From Laetmonice hystrix (taxonomy: Eukaryota), in NCBI GenBank assembly GCA_965235115.1, contig OZ249436.1, positions 40,178,001 through 40,242,000 of the forward strand: a stretch of 64,000 nt of DNA. Direction: 5' to 3'. Under the pieces are notes generated by a model. It did no database searches and was not told the origin of the DNA. It was given only the letters and a program-made list of their open reading frames with translations. Position 1 is the first letter of the stretch. Each line of letters begins with the position of its first letter. Below, one piece after another: positions 11,498-23,656 of the stretch. A program made the position numbers and the translations under genes.

Positions 11498-14400
11498 TTA
11501 AAGAAACATTGCAAGAAGGGTAAAGGCTGGTTTATAGTCCGTCGGCCGACCATCGGCCAATTCCCCACCGACCGACGACACATCGCTATTTGGTGTTTGT
11601 ATAATAACAGTTCAATCTTTACTGGGGTAAGTTTGGTTGGGTGGTGGTGGTGGGGGGGGGGAGGCTACTCGGGATCCCGCTACATGGTTGGGTAGCAAGC
11701 GCCGAGGGTAAGCGTTCATGCGGTGGAGGAAGGGGAGGCTGGGTGGGAGTTCAGGAATTGTCCCCATATTTTTTCATTTCGGGAGGCGGTAAACACTATG
11801 ACAAGCATGACAGTTTGTGTTTGGGGGTTAATTGGGGGGATCAGTGAAGGTTCGAGGAAGAGCAAAGCCCCTGCGTTTTTTATTGGTGAGGGGGGGGGGG
11901 TTGACGCCTATTAAAATCCCACTTTTTTCATTGGGGGGATTGCAAACCCCCTAACTCCCCCCGGTTCCGCCGCCTATGTCTACAAGCTTAGCACTTTGTA
12001 TATATGTAGGCCTAGATGCGTCGGTTATTGCCTACACACGATATATTTTGGAAAAAAGTGGAATTTCATAAAATTCATTAGAACTAAACACGTCACATGA
12101 TGACAGACTTAATGGACATACACGCATGATAATTTAATCCAGAGGGGGGTATGAGGAGAAATTTTACTTTTATTACTTTTAGAGAAATGCAATAGAAAAA
12201 AAATGATGTGTTCGGTTATGGTGTAAGGTCTGGTGTAAGAATTTGACCAAAATATTCATAGGCCTACTCCTAGCGCTAGAGTTTAGGCGATAACCATGCG
12301 CTCGTAATGCCCCCTGGTAGCCGCTCTCGGCGAATCCCGCGTTACCCTTGACTCACTCTCCGCCGCAAGATGTCACTGCTGTCTGGATGTAACATCTCTG
12401 CCACCACTTGATTTAAATATTCATGAGCTGACGGCCTACTTGAATTTCATCCAATAACAGCTCTTGGAAAAGAAAGCCGTCTATTGACAGCACCACAGCC
12501 CAGACACTGGCCGTTGTTTATATGGGCCGCTACGACAATAGTGCGCTGACCCCATCTGACCCAATATGGCGACCTCCGATTGGTATCCGAGTCTCTCTAC
12601 ATCGTAAAGGGCTCGGTGTTCCGAATGCCCTATGGCCATCGCAATGTTAAAACAGCGAGGCTAGCTCGTCCTTACGCGAAATCTCTTGAATTCTCGTGAC
12701 ATACTTAGGCGCCCTATGATCGTGCTCAACTGCTACTGGCATAGATTTGACCGTGAATCGTGATTGTGACGTTTTGACAGTGGCTTGTTTAGACGTACCG
12801 TAGAGCACTCTCTGCCGCAAGATGTCACTGCTGTCTGGATATAACATCTCTGCAAAGATATTGTTACTTTTAACAATATCTGCACCAAGGGGGGGGGGGT
12901 GTCAAGTGGGGAGGGCGTGCCAAGAGTAAGAGGTGTATGTGTATGTTTTTAAACTTTCAAACAGAAAAAAAAGATAAATTACTTCGTAAGGGGGTCCCCC
13001 CCCCCTCATCCCCACCCGGATCCGCCAGCGAGGCCTATACCATAGGCCTATATGAGAAATAAACTTCTGTGGGCCTTGGAGGGCTGTATAGCCGCTATGT
13101 ATCCTATAGTAGGCCTATAGATCCTAAAATAACCCATAGACCCCAGGTCAAGAGAGGTAACTTCCAGGGAGGTTGTAGTAAAAATAGACGGATGGGTGAC
13201 CCTGGATGTTACTGTCAGACTCCATATCCGATGCGCGCCATGTCCAGCAGTATCGTCGGAAGATACTTTTTTCAGGGGTGGGGGGCTGAAGTCGGCCTAG
13301 GCCCCGAGTCAGGTGGTCAAGTCAACGGACCGCAGTTGCCCATGTTCCTGATACAGGAGTCCACTGGTGGCGGTCTTTACGGGGCCAGACATAATGAAAT
13401 GATTGCTAAAAACTGTTATTTATAAGGAGAATTGTCGACTGGGGAATGAAATGTAGACTACACTTGGGACATCGAGTCTGACATACTCAACTGGGACATG
13501 GCGCGCATAGAACATGAAACAATCTGCGTCTCCCTGCAATCCTTTAGGTCTTTCCATCTTTCTGCACACTCGCGTGCCTTCTTCCAACTTAGCACCAACT
13601 TAGTGAACTGAGTTACTTTAGATTTTTCTTTTACAAACATAATGCAGCAAACAAGTACAGTGTAATTTGTTTCAGGCTCTGCAGAGTCTTCTTCCACCTG
13701 TCTCGAGGTCGCCATATTGATGTTTATTTATTATAATGAGGGACACACACCCTCGTATGCGTAATCTGATTAGCCAAGAGGATTACGAAATAGTTCCAAC
13801 ATTAATTCTCGTTTTTTTATTAATTGTGCAAGTTTTGCACATGACAACAAGTAGATTTGTCTTCAGTACTAACTTACACAACTATTTCATGCAGAATTAG
13901 ATAGTCTCGTTGATATGGTCACGAAACTGCACGATAAACGGCCACGGCCCACGGCCTACTAGGAATTCCGATAAGTGGTAATTAAGAAAGTTGGAGAAAG
14001 AGTGGCAGAGACATAAGCATCTGTGACATAAGCTACGCGCAATGTCTCATGGGAGATTGACCGTAGAGTTCTCTTTCACCACAAACACCCGAAGCAAGCT
14101 TGCTTAAGTGGTTTCAAAAACCGGCATAAGCAAGTTAAGTTTAAGCAAGCTGCTTAACTTGTTTTAAAAACCGGGCCCTAACCAGCATTTTACTGCTCAC
14201 GTAAGCAGTGCTTTAGATGTTGCCGCAAGCCGACCGCAAGGCTTCAGCACTGCCACAGTGAAGCTGCAAGGTGCCCGCAGATCTATCTATGCTGGTCCAC
14301 CGAAGCGGGCGGCTTGCGGTTTCTCGGCCGCAAGCCGCCCGCAACAGAATTGCAAGGAAATCGCAGCGGTGGATCAGGGCCTAATTTAGCCGCGCTCCCA

Positions 14401-14681
14401 CTGCGCGATTATTTCAAAGTCGGCCGAATATTTGAATCGGCCGAATATTTAGGTACGATCTTGTCATGTTCGGCCGATTACCGCTGACCGATTATCGCCC
14501 GACTTGGGCGCTCCCACTCTACGATTCGCGCGGGAATTTAGGCCGGAATTTGGCCTTCGTATCAGCCAGGCACGCCCACTCTGAGTCTTAATGCCGGAAT
14601 AATTATGACTGCTGAAGGAATTCTCCACGTTCCTGGATAGATTTTGCGTCAATTTTGCGCGCGCGGGGGGGGGGGGGCTAA

Positions 14682-16369
14682 CAGTGGTGTAGATCTATCC
14701 AGAAATCTTTTAAGGGGGGTTTCCGAAGTTTAGGTAGGGATAGGCCCTAGGCCTAGGGGATCTACCTACTTCAGAGATGGTCATGGTTCCCTGGGAAATT
14801 TAAAAAAAGACATCAAATAATGCAATATGAAGGTTTCCTTTGGTTAAAATAATGCATTTTACACCCCCTTTTTGTACCAAAATGTCCTTAATATAGGCCT
14901 AGTCATTTTTTAAGGAGGGGGTTCCAGGATAATTGGTAACCCCTGTTACAACCGCTAATGTAATAACGCCCACTATTGTAATAACTGGGGTGCTAGGGGG
15001 GTACCAGGGAAGTACCACCAGAGTACCGGACAGGACCAGGGGAGCATTTTTGGGGTACCCTCTGAGTACCCTCTGGGTACCACCAACCGGGGGGTACCAG
15101 GGAAATACTACTGGAGTACCGGACAGGACCAGGTGAGCATTTTGGAGGTACCCCCTGAGTACCATCTGGGTACCCCCTGGGTACCCTCAGGTACCGATCT
15201 GGTCGGTAGCCCTTGAACAAAGTTTTATTACAATAGCGGTTGCGAATTCTGGCGAACGCAACCGCTATTGTAATAACTGGGGTGCTAGGGGGGTACCAGG
15301 GAAGTACCACCAGAGTACCGGACAGGACCAGGTGAGCATTTTGGGGGTACCCCCTGAGTACCATCTGGGTACCCCCTGGGTACCCTCAGGTACCGATCTG
15401 GTCGGTAGCCCTTGAACAAAGTTTTATTACAATAGCGGTTGCGAATTCTGGCGAACGCAACCGCTATTGTAATAACTGGGGTGCTAGGGGGGTACCAGGG
15501 AAGTACCACCAGAGTACCGGACAGGACCAGGTGAGCATTTTGGGGGTACCCCCTGAGTACCATCTGGGTACCCCCTGGGTACCCTCAGGTACCGATCTGG
15601 TCGGTAGCCCTTGAACAAAGTTTTATTACAATAGCGGTTGCGAATTCTGGCGAACGCAACCGCTATTGTAATAACTGGGGTGCTAGGGGGGTACCAGGGA
15701 AATACTACTGGAGTACCGGACAGGACCAGGTGAGCATTTTGGGGGTACCCCCTGAGTACCATCTGGGTACCCCCTGGGTACCCTCAGGTACCGATCTGGT
15801 CGGTAGCCCTTGAACAAAGTTTTATTACAATAGCGGTTGCGAATTCTGGCGAACGCAACCGCTATTGTAATAACTGGGGTGCTAGGGGGGTACCAGGGAA
15901 ATACTACTGGAGTACCGGACAGGACCAGGTGAGCATTTTGGGGGTACCCCCTGAGTACCATCTGGGTACCCCCTGGGTACCCTCAGGTACCGATCTGTTC
16001 GGTAGCCCTTGAACAAAGTTTTATTACAATAGCGGTTGCGAATTCTGGCGAACGCAACCGCTATTGTAATAACTGGGGTGCTAGGGGGGTACCAGGGAAG
16101 TACCACATGGTACTCAGGGGGTACCCCCAAAATGCTCACCTGGTCCTGTCCGGTACTCCAGTAGTATTTCCCTGGTACCCCCCGGTTGGTACCCTCTGGG
16201 TACCCAGGGGGTACCCGGAGGGTACTCAGAGGGTACCCCAAAAATGCTCCCCTGGTCCTGTCCGGTACTCTGGTGGTACTTCCCTGGTACCCCTCTAGCA
16301 CCCCAGTTATTACAATAGTGGGCGTTATTACATTAGCGGTTGTAACAAACCCCCCTGGATACGCCACTG
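14682..16369. mobile_element. CAGTGG-terminal MITE (7314 family) split by an insertion
   Basis: Body aligns to 7314-7589; ends ctggatacgccactg; flanks gctaa/gctag. Confidence 0.8.
14944..16347. mobile_element. TGTTACA-terminal foldback element with internal 199-bp tandem array
   Basis: ~220-bp inverted arms starting tgttacaaccgctaatgtaataacgcccac; aacccc on both flanks; repeat units at 15260, 15459, 15658, 15857, 16056. Confidence 0.88.
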
Positions 16370-16489
16370 GCTAGAATTAGGGTCAGGGTAGGCCAAGGCA
16401 ACGCCGGGTAACGTTAATGCCGGCGTCAGGGCGGCCGAGAGGCAGTTTCTGAACACCAAGACAACCTGTAGGTAGGCCTATAGATCTAC

Positions 16490-16650
16490 ATTCAATCCTG
16501 TCAGCTATTTCCCGCTATTTTCCCGAGAGCCTTCCTCTTGGCATCCTTCTTGTGGTAATCGGGGTGTGTTTAGTCATAAAGATTGGGATACTGCCCCCAG
16601 AGTTCCATCAATTTGTCCTCTAATGTCCTGTCCCACTTAAAATCCGCCAT
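16490..16650 (-). pseudogene. MADF/Myb-SANT domain stub (Harbinger accessory gene remnant)
   Basis: Minus strand reads MADFKWDRTLEDKLMELWGQYPNLYD*THPDYHKKDAKRKALGKIA, a MADF-like W..L..YP.LYD..H.DY pattern with an in-frame stop. Confidence 0.65.
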
Positions 16651-16934
16651 GATGTTCACACAAGTGCCTCATCACATGGTAGACCGAGTCACATGATTCG
16701 TACTCGCTGTTTGATTGGTCAGCCTATAAAATTTTATCGGCCGATCGCTGAATCAGCCGAAAAAAGTTTGACATGTCAAGCTTTTTTGATCGGCCGAATT
16801 TTCCTAGCGATTGAGAAAAATCGGCCGACTGGTGTGCTCCCATTGTGCGAAATTCGGCAGTCTAGCAGTCGGCCGACTCAAATATTCGGCCGACTCTGAA
16901 ATAATCGCACAGTGGGAGCGCGGCTAAAAAAAAA

Positions 16935-18169
16935 AGGCTGGATCACACGTCATAGCCGACCAGCCGACCGATGGTTTCAGCCCACGGTGCACCCATCGGT
17001 TGGCTGTCGGCTGACTCTCCCGACCGACCGATGGTCAACCGATCCTTTATGTGCGATTTTGGCGCGACGCCGACATGCGATGCAGAGTCGCAATGTGGAT
17101 ACACTGCGTCGCACCACTTGTTGCATGTGCCTTGCGTCGCAGCATGGCGCGATTATAGGCGCAACAAATATTTAACATCGTTTTCCAGCGACAATGGTGC
17201 GATAGTGAATCGCGCATCTCACCAAACAGAATCGCATAGTGGATCCACAGCTTAAAAATTGGATTACATATAGCCGATTTTTCATCCGATTCGTCATCGG
17301 CTGGCCGTCGCTGATGTGTAATCAGGGATCGGCTGAGAGTCGGCTGGCTCAGCCGACGTCGGCGACCAGTCGGCTTCTCAACCGATTGAATCAAATCATT
17401 TTGATTTTGTCGGTTAACGATCGGTTCAGTGGTGACTGAGGCGTTTTCAACCAAATCGATTACGTCATGTGACGTGATGGTGTCCACACAAATATATTCT
17501 GGCAGAATACCATGGCTATAGGTCGAAGTATGACCCCAAAAAGAGAGGGATAAACTTTTCCTGTGGCTCCTCCAGCCCTGAGGGCTTCTGCCAACCGATA
17601 ACCAACGGATCATGCGATCAAGCGATAGCAAACCGATCATCAGTTACATACAGCCGATTCCCAACCGATCCTACCGTCGATTGCTAACCGATCCTACATC
17701 CGATTGCTTACCGATCCTACAACCGACCGGACCTGGGCGTCATCTCATCAGGTGTGTTTCTATATGCCAATATGGCTTACAAAAGACGGCGAACAGGTGG
17801 CTGCTTTTGGTGCTATTCGAGCTGCTGCTACACCCTTGACAATTCTGGGTAAAGATCTTCTGCCAAAACAGCAGCAACATCTGATATAATATTATGGCTA
17901 TTCAGTTTATTTGTTGTTGTTGAAAATATAAGGATAAGTTTTGACAACGCTTGGATTTCTCCTAAATTAAAGAAAGCACCACTTTCCATCGAGAGAACCA
18001 TTGAATATATTATTTGATGACTTCCTGTTTTGTTAGGCTTAGCTGGCTACATGCCTCTAACCGACCAACCGACAAAATCAAAAATAAATTGGCAGAAGGA
18101 TCGGCTGGGGCAGCCGACGGTCCGCCGATGGCGAATCGGATGGAAAATCGGCTATGTGTGATCAGGCCT
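16935..18169. mobile_element. Probable Harbinger-like MITE, possibly composite
   Basis: aggctggatcacac...gtgtgatcaggcct ends; dense CCGA/TCGG subterminal motifs. Confidence 0.5.
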
Positions 18170-19207
18170 GACCCACAGACCGATTTACTGCCGATTTTCA
18201 CATACGGCCGATTTTTCTCCATAGGAAAACTATGGAGAAAAATCGGCCGTATCTCAAAATCGGCCCGTAAATCGGTCTGCAAATCTCACGAAAAGGGCTG
18301 CTCACAAAAACAAAAAAAAACGGCGCGCTGTGCTCAGCCTGAGTCAGCTCACGAAAAATGCTGCTCAGCTCACAAAAAGTGAACAAAAAAGTCAGACTAC
18401 TCAGGCATTGTCGAAACGGTTTCGCTCTACAAATCTATAGCCTACACAACATTACGATTTAGTATCTATCAGTTAAACGGTCCCATGCTGCCCCACTTCA
18501 GAAAAGCCAAGAGTCGTGTATATTTATCAGCAGACCTTTCTATACCCTACATCGACTTCCACAGATACTTGAGAGCCCCAGCCTTAAAGAACTATAATGG
18601 CAAACTTGTAAGTATGATTTATTCTACATTATGATGGCTATGGGTAGCGTGACGGTCTCCAAAAAGTTATGACCGAAAAAATAGGTTATCGACAGTCGCA
18701 CACCCCTGTACGCACACCCATCCAGGTCTTGTATAAAGCTGTAATATCACGCTGTTGGATCGATCTGGAGTAGGCCCCCTATAGTGTGGGCAAGCAGTAC
18801 TAATGTAGAGATTTGAAGCAGGCCTACTCGTGTGTCATTAGTTGTGGTTCGAAACATCACCGAAAGGAAAACCGTCTGGCTGTCGGGAAATATGCACAGG
18901 TATCTATTTAAGATGATGTCCATACAGCATGGCGATGACTCTGCTGTAGACTGGTGTGCCCATTATTTTTGCATCTTATCCAGTTCGCTCTGCTACGTCT
19001 GCAGAAACTTGATTGATGTTCATCAATCTTGACGCCACTTTTTTGTAGAAACATGTCTCTTTTAGAAGTTTTTGCTTTGCTATTCAGCATTATTTTCCCT
19101 CAAATAGTGAAAGAAACTCTAACCTGATTTGTTTCCTGTTTATAGAAAATATACACCTATATAAATCAATTAAACTGAGCAAAGCAGTATTAAATAGTAC
19201 TCATGTG

Positions 19208-19765
19208 GGTGTCAAAAGGTGGCTTCTCAGTACTCGTGTGTAATCAAATGATGAAGATGATGAAGTGTGGCAAAGTTTAAAGAAGAACACCTGATTAATT
19301 TGGTGGGGCACTAACTGAAATCAGGGATGCCTAACAGAAACATGACTCCGGTTTTTTCTATAGCTTTGGTACAAAATTCCCTCTGCTCCCCACGCAATAG
19401 GTTCTGCCAATATGAAACAAACAAATAAGCCTAATCCTATCAGCCATGTCTCTTTGGTTATTATCTTTAACTCATTGTGTTTGATAAGCCTCGAATGGCA
19501 TGCACTTTAAAAAGAAGGGTGCTTCGTTTTTGTCTTGATTAGAAGCTTACTAGATCTAATGCTTTACTAATGTTTATTTTAATTCAGATGAAGTCATATA
19601 CAATTAAGTAAGTGACAATAAAGTGGTTTGTTCCCACACAATTAAAACTGTTGCCGAGTTTGATTGTTTTTATGCAAGACTTGCATGGAAATCCTTATGG
19701 CCAATATGGGGCCTAGCTGACACGAAGTGCAGACGTAGCAGCTCAGACTGCAAGCTGTCAGGTCG
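19208..19765 (+). repeat. Dispersed duplicate of 48276-48936
   Basis: Collinear high-identity match from ggtgtcaaaaggtggcttctcag to gcaagctgtcaggtc; this copy lacks several short segments present in the other. Confidence 0.92.
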
Positions 19766-19992
19766 ATCTATACAAAAAAGTATCCAGAATTATTCCCCAC
19801 ATCGTAAGGTCTTCACAGATGCCCTTCTTTTAGCGAGACTCCTTATAATTTTGGATACAGCAAGGTTTGTTTGGAAATTTAAAAGTTCCCAAAACTTTGT
19901 TAATGACGTTAAATATCCAGCAGAATCTAATTCTAAGCTCTGCACAGTCAGTGTAGCCGGATCAGGGACAGAGGCCTACACTGAGGCTACAG

Positions 19993-20169
19993 CAGGGGCG
20001 GATCTAGAGTCTATATTCAGGGGGGGTCCGAGGGGGGTCCAGCATAAAAAGGGCAAATCGAGGGGGGTCCGTTGTAAAACCAAAAGGCATTTTGGTTATA
20101 AAAAATTAAATTTGGCAAATTTGAGGGGGGGTCCGGACGTCGCCGACACCCCCCCTGGATCCGCCACTG
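19993..20169. mobile_element. CAG(G/T)GGCGGATC MITE, 5-bp TSD
   Basis: caggggcggatct...ggatccgccactg; tacag on both flanks; near-identical inverted copy at 41828-42005. Confidence 0.9.
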
Positions 20170-21344
20170 TACAGTGATGTTTACAGATGTATTATAATGC
20201 TGTAATTTTCTGAGAATATCTACTGACCTTTGTAATCTCTGCTTCTGTAGTATTTTAATTTATCTTATCATAAAACGAGAGCTAGACAGAAAAATAGTGC
20301 AGTCTACGTTAGATCTAGCCTTCTTCTGTCTGTTGTTCCGCACGTCTTCTCTATGACGTAACAGACACTGATTTAACGAGGCACGCACTGTCTTTTTGAT
20401 AGTGTAACATTGTAATATCAAGTATCAAAATACGTAGTTAACTATACTATGATGTCACAAGTGATAATAAAAGCACAAACAGATCCAATCCAGGCTATAA
20501 AATTGTAGCCAGTGCGGATTACGAGGACGTGTTGACGTCCAGCCCAAGGCCAAGACACCCGGCCAGTAGGCTACGGTTTTTGAGCAGCAGCGCTCTAAAA
20601 CGACCCGCAAAGATCTCTCAAACTGCCACAACTGGCAGTTGTGACTAGATCTACTGATGATTTTGTCATCAGATCAGTATGAACTACACTATACAGCATA
20701 GGCCTACATAGATAGCCCTACACCAACCACCCTTGCCTTGCCTCACACTCCTTCCCATGACCCTCGTGCCTCGAGAGGCTCATGGGAAGGAGTTTGGCCT
20801 TGCCTACATCTCTCGTTCTGTCATGCTTACCATCTTCAGCGGTTATTCGACGTCACGTTGCCTGATTTTAGGCCTCAAGGCAATGGTGTTTTTTTAAAAT
20901 TCAGCCGTTCTTTTCAGGATTATATTTGTGGTAGGCCTATATAAATTATCTTGACAAATTTGGCATTGACACAAAGCTAAGGATTCAGACTGCATATCTT
21001 AACTTTTTTAGCCTTCAGAGTCTAGGGGTTTCAGTACATTGTTGGCAAATGTACCGAGGCGAACAGTCTGTGTAAAAGATTTCTTCAAATGTTTTTATTC
21101 ACACTCTCTTAACAGCAAAATAATGTGTTTACAAGAAAAGTCGCCTATATACTATGAAAGGAAATTGTATGAGGAAGGGAATGATACCATACTTGTTTAG
21201 ATTGCATTGTGATAGACTGAGTGTGCACCGTATTAAAAAGTCGTGCATTTTGCCTGGGCGGCCGTTGGGGCCGGCCGTTTCTGGGCTACCGTCATCCACG
21301 CCGCTAGGTGGCTGACGGAATGTAACGTCACAATAGAGCTCAAT

Positions 21345-21746
21345 AGGGCGTTTAAGTATGTCACGAGAATTCAAGAGATTTCGCGTTAGCGGGACAAGGA
21401 GCAGATAGCCTCGCTGGTTTAACATTGCGATGGCCATAGGGAACAGTGACAGTCAACTTTGAAATATTTTCATTCTGCAGTCAAGTCGCTGTTAATGTTG
21501 AGCATTACAAAACATGATTACCGGGATGTTTACTCTAGGATAAAGTTTGTTTTATAGTTTAGAAAGTTAGATTGTGAATATACAGGCTGGTTTTTGTGAA
21601 CCTGTCGGCCCTGTCAATGTTAATCCTATGGGAAAATTTTTGACGTCACAATCGCTTGGCGCACTTTCGGCTCTATCGGTATCGCAAGCTGGTTTGAGGC
21701 TATTTAACGTCATTTGCATATCCAGGTCACGAGACTTAAACCCCCT
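21345..21746 (+). mobile_element. ~400-bp AGGG-terminal MITE with AT TSD (ISL2EU-like, tentative)
   Basis: at|agggcgtttaagt...acttaaaccccct|at; relatives at 12630-12718, 27349-27510, 40056-40450. Confidence 0.75.
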
Positions 21747-21867
21747 ATAGGGCGCCTAAGTCTCGTGACCTGGTTATGCAAATGACGTTAAATAGCCTCA
21801 AACCAGCTCGCGATAGCACCAAACGTGCGCCATGCGATTGTGACGTCAAAAAATTTCCCATAGGATT

Positions 21868-22311
21868 TAGCCTGGTCCCCGGTGCCTTACCATACGCATG
21901 GATCCGCTTGATGTTAGGCCCGGTGATGGCTAACAGAAAGCTGTAAAACGGAAGTGGTGATCTCCAAGCACTTCCGCCTCGGAGCTAATCACTTCCGCCT
22001 CCGGCGTTAACAGAGTGATCGACTTCTGCTTGGAGCGTGGCCGGGAGTGGCCAACATGCGACTGCGTATGCAGACCGTTGCAGGTGTGGGGACTGGTGAC
22101 GCTATGTTTACATCCAGAAAAGCGAGGACATTTAACACTTGTATTTTAAAGGGATTGACGAAAATATTTGTATCTTGTTGGAGAAATACGGAGGGTACGG
22201 AACTAGGCCTATATGCGTCCATGTTTTCGATGGGCCAATCACAATGCTCGCTTCGATTGGCCTACGCCAGGCTCTATATACGAAGTTAATATAGAGCTGG
22301 GGACCCGGCTA
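21868..22311. mobile_element. AcademH-like non-autonomous element
   Basis: tagcctggtcccc...ggggacccggcta TIR with exact 9-bp TSD cataggatt; TAG termini plus a 9-bp TSD are typical of AcademH. Confidence 0.8.
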
Positions 22312-23419
22312 CATAGGATTAACATGATTGACAGGGCCGACAGGCTTACAAAAACCAGCCCGTATATTCACAATCTAACTTTCTAAACTATAAAACAAAC
22401 TTTATCCCAGATAGTCGAGTAGACGTCCTTACCATTTCTATTAGGGACCCGGAAATTTTTAGACCTGCAAGAGATTATGATTGATTTGTGTCCACATAGG
22501 CTCTGTGAAGATTTTCAGCTTTGTTGGCCGAAGTTGGCTGTTGAGGAATTTTTTTTATAAGCTAATTTGCATAAATTAGCATAATTAATAACAAATCGTC
22601 ATAAGCTCAGGTAACTTGAAAACCATTTGGCCTAGAATCATATGTAATAGCCCTTTTCCATACAATATCAACAAGGGGAATCCATTTTTGACATTTGTTT
22701 TGTGATTCATGGTCAAGGTCAAGGTCAAATATCAAGGTCAAGGCCAAAAATGGCAAAAAAAACTGGGGTTTCCAGGACAATTGGCCTAAAATCACATTTA
22801 ATGGAGTGTTTCCTTACAATATAGAGGCAGGCAATCCAATTGTGGCATACGTCTTGTGATTCGACATTAAAGTCAAGGTCAAATGTCAAGGTCAAGGCCA
22901 CAAATGGCACAAATAGTCGGTCCGAAGTCCTTCCTTCCTGTAGTATCAGGGACATTTCAGCAGGAAACAAGCTCAAATTACGGACTACATGACTGGGGGC
23001 GGGGTGTGGGTGGGACTACATGACTGGGGGTGTGGGTTAGTGGGGTGTGGGTGGGGCTACATGACTGGGGGTGGGGGTTAGTGGGGTGTGGGTGGGACTA
23101 AATAACCGGGGGTGGGGGTTAGTGGGGTGTGGGTGGGACTACACGACTGGGGGCGGGGGTTAGTGGGGTGTGGGTGGGAAACGTGTGATTCGACATTAAA
23201 GTCACGGTCAAATGTCAACGTCAAGGCCACAAATGGCCCAAAACTGGGATATTGTGAGAGGCTCGGTCAAATTTGTGGGTTACAACGTACTGATCATTTA
23301 TTGAATAACAGAAAGTTAACTACAGTACAGATATCATGAAATATCAGTACATTTGACATCACCATCTTCATCGCCATCCTCACAATAATCCTCACGTTAC
23401 TCGTTAAGCATCACACTAA

Positions 23420-23601
23420 AGGCCGGTTTATAGTCCGTCGGCCGACCATCGGCCGACCATCCCTGAACGTTTATAGTTCAGCGATCCGGCCGTCGATCGA
23501 CCGATCGCTGAGAGTTAAACCTATGTGAACTTTGACCTGACGTCAAGCGATGGTCGGCCGATGGTCGGCCGATGGTCGGTCGACGGACTATAAACCGGCC
23601 T
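23420..23601. mobile_element. PIF/Harbinger MITE
   Basis: taa|aggccggtttatagtccgtcg...cgacggactataaaccggcct|taa; relatives at 11524 and 52874. Confidence 0.85.
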
Positions 23602-23656
23602 TAATCCTCATAATAATCACGTTAATCACCCAATTCCTCGTTAAGCATCACATTAA

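Larger units (their letters stand above)
14388..16925. mobile_element. Harbinger-like non-autonomous element hosting two nested insertions
   Basis: ~50-bp TIR agccgcgctcccactg(c/t)gcgattatttca(a/g)agtcggccgaatatttga; many TCGGCCGA subterminal motifs; internal MADF stub. TSD not clean. Confidence 0.75.

Noticed and set aside
13458..13715. 85-aa ORF (CCIMF..SWKKARECAERW) possibly the N-terminus of a DNA-transposon protein
   Set aside because: Only a vague resemblance; no catalytic region or matching termini found.
14899..16374. Repeated ~92-aa ORFs and a CRISPR-like look
   Set aside because: Units are near-identical throughout, with no unique spacers, no cas genes and a eukaryotic context.
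19623..20177. 184-aa ORF with a partial twin at 48795
   Set aside because: Spans a dispersed repeat and a MITE; no recognisable domain; GTG start.
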